From the NCBI GenBank assembly GCA_021323375.2, contig JAJPCT020000007.1, forward strand, positions 12,343-36,342: a stretch of DNA of 24,000 nucleotides, read 5' to 3'. Each line of letters begins with the position of its first letter. The stretch's first letter is position 1. Source of the DNA: Candidatus Wolframiiraptor gerlachensis (GTDB lineage Archaea > Thermoproteota > Nitrososphaeria_A > Caldarchaeales > Wolframiiraptoraceae). Below the pieces are notes generated by a model that was not told where the DNA came from, searched no databases, and saw only the letters and a list, made by a program, of their open reading frames with translations. Both the position numbers and the translations under genes were made by a program. This document shows, in pieces, positions 8,481 through 15,845 of the stretch.

Positions 8481-9758
8481 GTGTTGAGCGGCTGGGGTGG
8501 AATATCATCATCCGAGATGGCCGCGATCGATGAGAATGCGGAGTGGCTTGGGGTCCCGAGAATATTGCTGATGGAGAATGCCGGTGCCTGTGTTGCGAGA
8601 GTGGTCTACCAGTGGCTTGGAGGGGTTGCTGGCGCGAAGATCACAGTAGTCTGCGGGACTGGCAATAACGGGGGCGACGGCTTCGCTGCTGCAAGGCATC
8701 TCGCCGGCCTCGGGGCAGATGTTACGGTAATCCTCATCGGGGACCCCGATAGGATCAGGACCTTAGAGGCTAGGACGAATTTCGAGGCTGTTAAGACCAT
8801 GCGCGAGTCGATAAAGCTCTTCATCGTTCGAGACATGGAGGATTTGGAAAGGGTTAGGCACGTGATCGAGGGGTCCGAGGTTGTTGTCGACGCGATATTC
8901 GGCACTGGTGTTAGGGGGCGGATTGCCGAGCCCTGGAGATCGGCGATACAGCTCATAAACTCCTTGAGGGCGCTCAAGGTTGCGGTGGATATACCATCGG
9001 GTCTGAACCCTGACACCGGTGAGGCTGAGGACGTGTGTGTCAACGCTGACGTGACCGTGACATTTCATAGGCCGAAGCTAGGCCTGCCGGCGGCCGCGGA
9101 CCATTGCGGTGAGCTCATTATCGCGCCTATTGGGATACCACCGGAGGCGGAGATAGTGATGGGGCCTGGGAACCTCAGGCAAGCCCTAAGAATGATGAGG
9201 GACCATGTGGGGGAGATAGTCTTGCTCGAGCCGCTGCCCGACGAAGCGATAAAGCTGATAAGTATGCTGGGGGCCGAACCTAAAATCGGCGAGTCGCGTG
9301 AGGGCTACGTAGTTTATGCCGGCAGGAAGATTGATCTGCTCAAGGATCTAAAAGGAGGCTACTCGTGGGCCATGGTACTTGGGATGACATCCGGCCCGAG
9401 GCTCATCTCGATAATCGGCGAGAAGGAGGCATCCCGGCTCGGGATAAACATGAACATGGAGCTGCGCGGAAGATACGAGGCCTATTCTAGGAGGGCCTCG
9501 GAACTCGAGAACATAGTCTACATCATGGGAAGAAGCTTGGATTTACTGCTCGGTGATTCCAAGTGGAGGCTAGGCTGGGCTGGTAGGCCGCTTAATGACC
9601 AAGGCTTAAACACCCTGATCGCCACGACACTAGCGCTCCTCGCAAGAGGGGTCAATGGGTTCGACGCCGCCTCGGCAGCAGGATACCTAGCAGGAATAGC
9701 AACAGGCTCCGGGTACGACGCCGCTATTAGCGAGCTGAGAAGAATTATGGAAGATTAG
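8481..9758 (+). CDS. nnrE: NAD(P)H-hydrate epimerase (YjeF_N) fused to a ~200-aa divergent C-terminal domain
   Basis: N-terminal half: MENAGACVARVV, VVCGTGNNGGDGFAAARHLAGLGADVTV, DAIFGTGVRG, DIPSGL. The C-terminal half lacks the GxGD/ATP-site motifs of YjeF_C and keeps only a faint tail similarity (LIATTLALLARGVNGFDAASAAGYLAGIA). Confidence 0.8.
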   Translation: MLSGWGGISSSEMAAIDENAEWLGVPRILLMENAGACVARVVYQWLGGVAGAKITVVCGTGNNGGDGFAAARHLAGLGADVTVILIGDPDRIRTLEARTNFEAVKTMRESIKLFIVRDMEDLERVRHVIEGSEVVVDAIFGTGVRGRIAEPWRSAIQLINSLRALKVAVDIPSGLNPDTGEAEDVCVNADVTVTFHRPKLGLPAAADHCGELIIAPIGIPPEAEIVMGPGNLRQALRMMRDHVGEIVLLEPLPDEAIKLISMLGAEPKIGESREGYVVYAGRKIDLLKDLKGGYSWAMVLGMTSGPRLISIIGEKEASRLGINMNMELRGRYEAYSRRASELENIVYIMGRSLDLLLGDSKWRLGWAGRPLNDQGLNTLIATTLALLARGVNGFDAASAAGYLAGIATGSGYDAAISELRRIMED

Positions 9759-9822
9759 CTAACCTTCCTCTTACACAGCATATGGGAAAATTAGAGGTTT
9801 CAGGCTCTTAAGCGAGAGCTGA

Positions 9823-10798
9823 TTACGGCGTTCTAGCGTGCCGAATCGCTATTATTATTGCCACGATTACTATTGCTATGATGGCTGTGATGATTATGAC
9901 GAGCATGAAGGGGGTTATCTCGAAAACTGTGGTCGCCTGACTTGTTGCCGGCGTCGTTATGCTCTGCGGCATGGTTGGCTGCGTCATGGCACCCGTCTCG
10001 GTCTTTATCATCGGCGTCCTGCTCACCATGGACTCCACGGTGATCGTCTTTGTCACGGTGCTCCCCGGGATCGTGATAGTTCTTGTCACGGTCATGTCGG
10101 GATTGCTTATCGTCGTCACTATCGTCTGTCCTTTCTCCTCATGCGTCATGGTATAAGTCTCGCCCGGTATAATTGTTGCTTTCGTAGTGGTTAGGGGACC
10201 CGTGATAAGGGGCTCCGGAAGTGTCATAACGGTCTCGCTCACGGTATACCCGGGCATTGCTATGTGAATTGTCATCGGCTCGCTTGCCTCGAACCTGTTT
10301 ATCATTGTGACGGTTATGGCCTTGCAATATTCCATTATCTCCCCATAGACGAGGACTGGCATGCTGATGACAGTTCTGATTGGCTCCATCTCTATCGTGG
10401 TTAAGACCTCGATATCCTCTAACCCTGTCCTAGTCTCGGTCGTTCCTCCCTCGACTTGCGTAATCGTCGTTTCATATGTCGCCACTGGGATAACATATGT
10501 CGTCGTTATTCCCGGAATGGTTGCCCTTGGGATTGTGATCTCCGTGACGGGCTCGCCTCTAATGATCATTATGCATTCCTGATCCGGCCTCATCTCGATG
10601 TAGATGAGCTTGTAGCCGCCATGGACTATCGTGGCGACGCCCGTCGTCCCGGGCACCACCGATGTTTCTGTCGTCGTTGATGGGGGGGTAGGTTATAACG
10701 GTCGTCGTGATCGTGGTAATCTGCTGGGCCAAGCCGATTGACAAGACACCTAACACTAGAATTACTATCGCGATATGCGATAAGAACCTGTTATTCAC
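9823..10798 (-). pseudogene. Thr-rich secreted, C-terminally membrane-anchored surface protein, interrupted by a frameshift at a C7 tract
   Basis: Track ORF 10559..10798 encodes a signal peptide plus a Thr-rich start (MNNRFLSHIAIVILVLGVLSIGLAQQITTITTTVITYPP). Track ORF 9823..10659 encodes the Thr-rich body and a C-terminal TM anchor (FMLVIIITAIIAIVIVAIIIAIRHARTP). The body frame is already open and Thr-rich (PTPPSTTTETSVVPGTT) directly after the C7 tract. Removing one C joins both into a single ~324-aa ORF. Confidence 0.6.
10682..10688. repeat. G7/C7 homopolymer at the frameshift point
   Basis: tGGGGGGGt on the plus strand, which is C7 in the coding sense. Confidence 0.95.
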
Positions 10799-10856
10799 TC
10801 TTCAGCCTCCTTTGATCGTCATATCATGGAAATGACTGATTTAAGTATTCCGAGCG

Positions 10857-11756
10857 ATGCCTATTGCTGGCCAAAGGGCTGCTGGAGCCGACGCACGACC
10901 TCCTCGGGCTTGGGATCCACGTGATAGCTTAATCTCGGGCTTTAGGCCTTATTATACTGGGTTGCCATCGGAGGTGAGCAGGCTTAGGACTGGCGTTAAG
11001 GGGATTGACGATCTTATCGAGGGAGGGATACCTGAGGGGTTCTTGGTGGCTGTGACCGGCGAGCCGGGATGTGGCAAGACCATCTTCTCAATTCATTTTA
11101 TAAATCAGGGGATACTTGATGGTGATAAGTGCATTTACATAACAACTGAGGAGAGTAGGGAGTCGATTATGAGGCAGGCCTCGCAGTTCGGGATGGACTT
11201 CGAGAAGGCTATGGAGGATGGTAAACTGATAATAGTTGACGCGCTGATGGGGAGGGAGGATAAGTGGAGCCTGAAGTCCCTTGACATGGAGGCGCTTGTC
11301 GAGAAGATAATCGAAGCGAAGAAGGAGCTGGGATATGGGAGGGCCAGGATCGCAATAGACTCGCTCTCAGCCTTCTGGCTTGATAGGCCCGCGATGGCGA
11401 GAAGGTACAGCTACTACCTTAAGAAGGTCTTGTCAAAGTGGAACTTCACGATCCTCGCCGTGAGCCAGTATGCTATAACGACTGCTGAGAGCTTTGGATG
11501 GGGTATAGAGCATATAGCAGATGGCATAATCAGGTTTAGGAGGGCGCTGAGGGGTGGGGAGCTGAAGAGATTCGTGATAATCGAGAAGATGAGACAGACG
11601 AATCACAGCAGATACCTGCATGAGATCGATATAAGACCCGGCGTCGGTCTCATGGTCTTGGGAAGGGTTGAGAGAAGAGTAGAGAACTACAAGCTCCCGC
11701 CGGATGTGATGAGGAGGATAATCGAGGCAAAGCGGAGGGCGGAGGAGATCCTATGA
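10857..11756 (+). CDS. KaiC-like / RecA-superfamily ATPase (single domain)
   Basis: GIDDLIEGGIPEGFLVAVTGEPGCGKTIFSIHF (Walker A), ITTEESRESI, and ARIAIDSLSAF (Walker B). The N-terminal ~40 aa of the track ORF are doubtful; GTG 10974 is an alternative start. Confidence 0.8.
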   Translation: MPIAGQRAAGADARPPRAWDPRDSLISGFRPYYTGLPSEVSRLRTGVKGIDDLIEGGIPEGFLVAVTGEPGCGKTIFSIHFINQGILDGDKCIYITTEESRESIMRQASQFGMDFEKAMEDGKLIIVDALMGREDKWSLKSLDMEALVEKIIEAKKELGYGRARIAIDSLSAFWLDRPAMARRYSYYLKKVLSKWNFTILAVSQYAITTAESFGWGIEHIADGIIRFRRALRGGELKRFVIIEKMRQTNHSRYLHEIDIRPGVGLMVLGRVERRVENYKLPPDVMRRIIEAKRRAEEIL

Positions 11757-12619
11757 ATTGGAAGCATGTGAGAGAACATTACATGAGAGCCGAGGTTAGG
11801 AAGGAGATTGCTGAGTACTGCGCCGGGAAATGGGTTGCCATCCATTGCGAGGAGAGAGATAATGGAGTAAGGCCCATGATCAGGTATTGGAGCCGGGGCA
11901 GGCCCCTAACCATGAGATGCGAGGATGATATTGACAGAATCTTTGAGAGGTTTTCATCGATGAGACCTAGGGCTTTCTATGCAACGGCGCATATCTATGG
12001 GAGGCTGGTCTCGGTAGAGAACCTGGAGAGCCGGGAGAACATCATAAGATCCTCGCCGACTTGGGATATAGACTCGCGGAATGGTGATTGGAGGAAGGTT
12101 GTCAGGAAGGCTATGGAGATATTGGAGGCACTTGAGAAGCATGGTATCGTTAAGTCGGTCTTCTTCAAGTGGAGTGGGAGGGGCGCTCATGTCCATGTTC
12201 ATCCGAGGACATTCAGCCCAGACCTCCTCCACAGGATCAACCCGCTTGACGTGGCGTACTCCGTGACCCAGTATATCGCTTGTAGGATAGAGCCCGAGGT
12301 TGGTGTCGTCGTCGAGAATAAGATTGATGTTCAAAGGGTCTTCACCGCTCCGCTCAGCCTGCATAGATCAGTTGATAGGGTGGCTGTCTGTGTTCCACCG
12401 GATGAGCTGGAGAGCTTCCACGTGGAGTGGGCCAGCCCAAGCGGATACAAGCACTTCCCGCATACCTGGCGCAGATATGAGGAGGGTGAGGGGGACGAGC
12501 TGGCTGAAAGAGCATACGCCACAGTCGGACCATATCTTGCTGGGCGAGCTAGGAGGAGACGCAAGCATAAGCCGCTTGATCAAGAGATCCTAGAGACTTT
12601 CAGGAGATTCAAGCTATAG
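11753..12619 (+). CDS. Archaeo-eukaryotic primase (AEP) superfamily protein, PriS-like catalytic core without an obvious Zn module
   Basis: AEP motif I is PTWDIDS. Motif II is WSGRGAHVHVH. Motif III is NKIDVQRVFTAPLSLH. The PriS-like N-terminus is RPRAFYATAHIY. The start ATG overlaps the upstream stop (ATGA at 11753-11756). Confidence 0.65.
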   Translation: MNWKHVREHYMRAEVRKEIAEYCAGKWVAIHCEERDNGVRPMIRYWSRGRPLTMRCEDDIDRIFERFSSMRPRAFYATAHIYGRLVSVENLESRENIIRSSPTWDIDSRNGDWRKVVRKAMEILEALEKHGIVKSVFFKWSGRGAHVHVHPRTFSPDLLHRINPLDVAYSVTQYIACRIEPEVGVVVENKIDVQRVFTAPLSLHRSVDRVAVCVPPDELESFHVEWASPSGYKHFPHTWRRYEEGEGDELAERAYATVGPYLAGRARRRRKHKPLDQEILETFRRFKL

Positions 12620-13333
12620 TATTAGCTGGAGGATTAGGGCTAGAACATCGCCCACTAGGACATAGAAGATGAAGCCCGCGGTTATGGAGATGAGTAGTGG
12701 CAGGCCCGGCGTGATCCAGCAATCATCCCGCTGAATCTCCTCAAGCTCTAGGCCGAGGACGTTGAAGTTGAAGTATCTTCTCCCATCGCGCTCCGTCTCG
12801 AGGGGGAACCAGAACCTCCTCCGCCTAGCATTTCTCGATCTTATCCCGAAGAGCATTGCCGCAAGCTTTCTCATCCTCTTCTCATGCTCGAATCCCTCGA
12901 AGATCCCCTCCCCCCTAGCTAGGGCTATCAGGTTCCATGCGAGGAATATGGGAAGTATGAGGAGCGAGAATAGGAGACCATTCGAGAGAGATGCGAGCCC
13001 GGTGAATGGATGCATCTTGAATGGCGGGCTATAGATTGGGAGGCCTATGGATATAATCGCTATCGCCTTGGCATCAGCGCCGCCATAAAAGCCGAAGAAG
13101 TAGAAGGCAAAGGCAAGCCCAGCTGAGAGAGCTATCGAGATCAAGACTTGAATAAGCCTATCAAGGCTCCACCATGAGGCCATGTCTAAGCCGGTTAAGA
13201 TCGCGCCAGCCGCCCCGCAGATCACCCAGACCCAGTCATCAACCTCCCTCGAAACCCAATCCTTGTAAGAGGCATAGAATAGGCCGGCCATTACCACACC
13301 TATCCTGATCGGCGTCAGAGGTTCCTCGAGCAA
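12614..13333 (-). CDS. A24-family prepilin/preflagellin (archaellin) signal peptidase, PibD/FlaK-like
   Basis: Polytopic membrane protein with the second catalytic-Asp motif GGADAKAIAI and an N-terminal Asp-containing loop (SREVDDW). 239 aa. Confidence 0.75.
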   Translation of the reverse strand: MLEEPLTPIRIGVVMAGLFYASYKDWVSREVDDWVWVICGAAGAILTGLDMASWWSLDRLIQVLISIALSAGLAFAFYFFGFYGGADAKAIAIISIGLPIYSPPFKMHPFTGLASLSNGLLFSLLILPIFLAWNLIALARGEGIFEGFEHEKRMRKLAAMLFGIRSRNARRRRFWFPLETERDGRRYFNFNVLGLELEEIQRDDCWITPGLPLLISITAGFIFYVLVGDVLALILQLIL

Positions 13334-13336
13334 GCT

Positions 13337-14197
13337 CTAGCCCACCACCCTGTCAAACTGCTTCATAACCCGCGGGATCTCCTCAAGAAGATCCGTCGCT
13401 ATTATGTGGAGACCCAACCTCTCTGCTGCCAGCTCACCAGCCTTCCCATTTATCCAAGCTGCTGAGGCCGCGGCCCTGAACGGCTCGACACCCCATGCGA
13501 GAAATGTCGCCACGATCCCGGATAATATGTCGCCCGTCCCACCCGTTGTCATGGCAGGCGTCCCGGTCTCATTCACAGCCACATCCATGCCATCCGAGAT
13601 CACATCAACTCTACCCTTCAATAGGATCGTGACCTTATTCTTCCCAGCCTGCTCCATGACAACCTTAACCCGATCCTCAAGCCTGCTTGGCGCCTCAATG
13701 CCGAAAACCCGCTTAAACTCCCCAACATGAGGTGTTAAGACAACCCTGCCGCCGCTAACATGCTTTAGAATCCCAGGATAAAGGGCTCCAGCATCCAGCA
13801 CCAAGCTCTTTCCAGCCGCGATCGCCTCCCTAGCCACGAGCTCTATCCCGGGCTCGCTCCCAGCCTCAAGCCCAGGCCCTATCACGATGGAATCAACCTT
13901 GGGAAGCACCTTCAGCACCCTCCTAGCCGCGCCCCTCGTAAGCTTCATGTCCGTCAGCGGTATCACTATCACCGCTGGCGAGAGCGCTCTGATAGGTGTC
14001 GCGATTTTCTCGGGAACCGCGATATATGCTAGGTCGACGCCGCATCTTAGGGCAGCCATAGCCGCGAGAAATGGAGCGCCATGATACATCCAGCTACCGC
14101 CGATAACTAGAACCACGCCATTCTCGCCCTTATGAGAATCAGCTCTCCTCGGCCTAACGCTCTCCCTAATAAAATCCTCATCCACAACTCTATACAT
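13337..14197 (-). CDS. nnrD: ADP-dependent (S)-NAD(P)H-hydrate dehydratase (YjeF_C carbohydrate-kinase fold)
   Basis: HKGENGVVLVIGGS, LDAGAL, and TGGTGDILSGIVATFLAWG (intact GxGD motif). 286 aa. Confidence 0.88.
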   Translation of the reverse strand: MYRVVDEDFIRESVRPRRADSHKGENGVVLVIGGSWMYHGAPFLAAMAALRCGVDLAYIAVPEKIATPIRALSPAVIVIPLTDMKLTRGAARRVLKVLPKVDSIVIGPGLEAGSEPGIELVAREAIAAGKSLVLDAGALYPGILKHVSGGRVVLTPHVGEFKRVFGIEAPSRLEDRVKVVMEQAGKNKVTILLKGRVDVISDGMDVAVNETGTPAMTTGGTGDILSGIVATFLAWGVEPFRAAASAAWINGKAGELAAERLGLHIIATDLLEEIPRVMKQFDRVVG

Positions 14198-14260
14198 TCC
14201 CTACTCCGGCGTGGAGATGTTTGGCTGGTATATTAGGCCGTCCACTGGAGCGAGATAAAA

Positions 14261-14284
14261 TTTGGGGTGGGGAGAAAAATCCCC
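14261..14284 (-). terminator. Short hairpin and T-rich tract after albA
   Basis: GGGGA/TCCCC stem (14269-14273 / 14280-14284) immediately after the stop at 14285-14287. The minus-strand reading is GGGGATTTTTCTCCCC followed by AAATTTTA. Confidence 0.35.
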
Positions 14285-14587
14285 TTACTTCTTCTTTGCG
14301 GAGCCCTTCTTCGGCGCGATCCTTATCTCGATTGTACTGACGCTTCTCGGCCTACCGTCTTGGCCAACTCTGCCCTCCTCGGTCCCAATGCTGACGCTCT
14401 GGATCTCGGCGTCCTGCACGAACCTCCTTGTAACAACCTGAGCCACGTCCACGGCCTTGCTTATCGCCCTTCCACGAGCCTTCAGAACCACCGTCTTCCC
14501 CTCAGAGAGGGGCATCGTCGTCGCCAGAACATAATTCATCGTCGGCTTCCTCCCAATGAGGACAACAGCCTCGGATATCTCGCTCAT
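14285..14587 (-). CDS. albA: DNA/RNA-binding chromatin protein Alba
   Basis: 100 aa. VLIGRKPTMNYVLATTMPLSEGKTVVLKARGRAISKAVDVAQVVTRRF is the canonical Alba core. Confidence 0.93.
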   Translation of the reverse strand: MSEISEAVVLIGRKPTMNYVLATTMPLSEGKTVVLKARGRAISKAVDVAQVVTRRFVQDAEIQSVSIGTEEGRVGQDGRPRSVSTIEIRIAPKKGSAKKK

Positions 14588-14623
14588 TCAAGACCACCTG
14601 CGCGAGGCTAAAGTTATCACCGG

Positions 14624-14635
14624 AATATTAAAAAC
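14624..14635 (-). promoter_or_regulatory. TATA-box candidate for albA, with a downstream SD-like AGGTGG
   Basis: The minus strand reads GTTTTTAATATT about 43 nt upstream of ATG 14587. AGGTGG (complement of 14593-14598) lies 5-6 nt before the ATG. Confidence 0.4.
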
Positions 14636-14663
14636 ATTTCCCTCCCGAGTGGAAGGGGCAATT

Positions 14664-15059
14664 CTAGCCCGTTGTAAGGCTAAACGGCTTACCCTCTCTC
14701 AGAACCTTCTCGGGAATACGGGATCTCCAAGTCGCGAGGAATCTTAGGTCCTCGTTGCGGTCACGCAGATTATCCGGAAGCATTCTCGGGATCTCAGCTT
14801 CTATGGGATACCATCTGCCACATCCGCCGCAAAATAATATCCCATCAACTATCTCAAGCCGCCAGCAATCGGAGCAGGCTGGCTCGCCTTCCAGCTCGTC
14901 AAGCATCTTAGACGCGTAGCCGCAATAAATCTCGCACTTCACAGGATTTAGCTCAACCTCGATCCTCCGAGTCCTAAACACGTGAAGCTCTAGAGGGAAG
15001 TTTTTGCAGATCGGGCAGGCTAGTAAATCCATCAACCGATACTTCATCTCGGAAACCAT
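14664..15059 (-). CDS. Trm112-like zinc-ribbon protein with internal insertion and C-terminal extension
   Basis: LLACPICKNFPLELHV and DGILFCGGCGRWYPIEAEIPRMLPD form the split Trm112/UPF0434 signature. An extra Cys-rich insert is present (CEIYCG...CSDC). The start may be M5 (MKYRL). Confidence 0.7.
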   Translation of the reverse strand: MVSEMKYRLMDLLACPICKNFPLELHVFRTRRIEVELNPVKCEIYCGYASKMLDELEGEPACSDCWRLEIVDGILFCGGCGRWYPIEAEIPRMLPDNLRDRNEDLRFLATWRSRIPEKVLREGKPFSLTTG

Positions 15060-15197
15060 TAATTATGTGGATTGCGCGAGTTAAGAAGTAATCGTTTCCC
15101 ATAACCCTCAGGAACCCTTAAACATCTTATTAAGGCGAATTCCTGAACCCTAGGATCTCCATCAACCGGGGCTGGGACAGTCCTTCCAACATTCATC

Positions 15198-15473
15198 CTA
15201 GACTACTCCTACCACTTTATCTCCTTCTAGGATCATGGTCTCCCCAGTCCAGATACTCCTGACAAGGCTCCTGGTTTCCCTCATATTCTCGCTTAAATAC
15301 GCTGAGCCCCCATACTCGTTAAAAGTTCTAATCGTAAAGATCCTAGAGTCGGGGTCATAAAGAACCGTAACTGCTACATATCCTCTGAAGCTCGGCTTGA
15401 ACCTCCTCCTAAGCCCCTCTATCCGCCTAAAGCATTCCCCCGCATACCATCTCATAGCATCCTTAACAAACAT
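15198..15473 (-). CDS. Hypothetical protein (91 aa, trimmed from the 161-aa track ORF)
   Basis: MFVKDAMRWYAGECFRRIEGL... reads as a globular protein. The upstream 70 codons of the track ORF are Pro/Ala/Ser low-complexity and overlap the opposite-strand ORF at 15609. Confidence 0.45.
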   Translation of the reverse strand: MFVKDAMRWYAGECFRRIEGLRRRFKPSFRGYVAVTVLYDPDSRIFTIRTFNEYGGSAYLSENMRETRSLVRSIWTGETMILEGDKVVGVV

Positions 15474-15608
15474 GTCATCTATACGCCTCGGGATGCTCCT
15501 CTCGGCCTTTAATGTCGTTGATGGCGCCGCTGCTGGCGATGCTCGAGGGGTTATGTGGGTGGCCGAGGAGGGATTTATTCCAGCAACCTTCCATAAGGGA
15601 GGAGGGGG

Positions 15609-15842
15609 TTGAGGAGATTGCTGAAGGATATTGAGCAGAGGTATGGCGGCGCGTCCGCTGAGCTCGGCCCCGGAGCGCTCCAAGACCTTAAGAGGAACAA
15701 TGTCTTCGAGTTCTGCCGGTTCTACGCTAGGTGGCTCGGATCACCATTGATGGAGAGGCTGAGGCATGAGATATATGAGCTGTTGGAGGAGGCCATAGTC
15801 TGGTGGGGTAGGCAGAGTATTCTCGACGTTGTAGGGAGGTGA
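15609..15842 (+). CDS. Hypothetical small helical protein (77 aa)
   Basis: TTG start preceded by the purine-rich AAGGGAGGAGGGGG. The stop TGA (15840-15842) abuts the start of the next ORF. No family recognised. Confidence 0.5.
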   Translation: MRRLLKDIEQRYGGASAELGPGALQDLKRNNVFEFCRFYARWLGSPLMERLRHEIYELLEEAIVWWGRQSILDVVGR

Positions 15843-15845
15843 TTG

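Noticed and set aside
9838-10680. Four plus-strand ORFs (9838..10194, 9959..10156, 10361..10582, 10456..10680) and minus ORF 10139..10327
   Set aside because: They are antisense or off-frame products of the biased Thr/Ile/Val codon composition of the surface-protein gene.
11954-12593. Several ORFs on both strands inside the AEP primase gene
   Set aside because: They are shadow frames. The AEP frame carries all three catalytic motifs.
15474-15683. N-terminal 70 codons of the 161-aa track ORF
   Set aside because: This stretch is Pro/Ala/Ser low complexity, and it overlaps the SD-preceded plus-strand 77-aa ORF. The ORF was trimmed to the internal ATG at 15473, though the longer form cannot be excluded.
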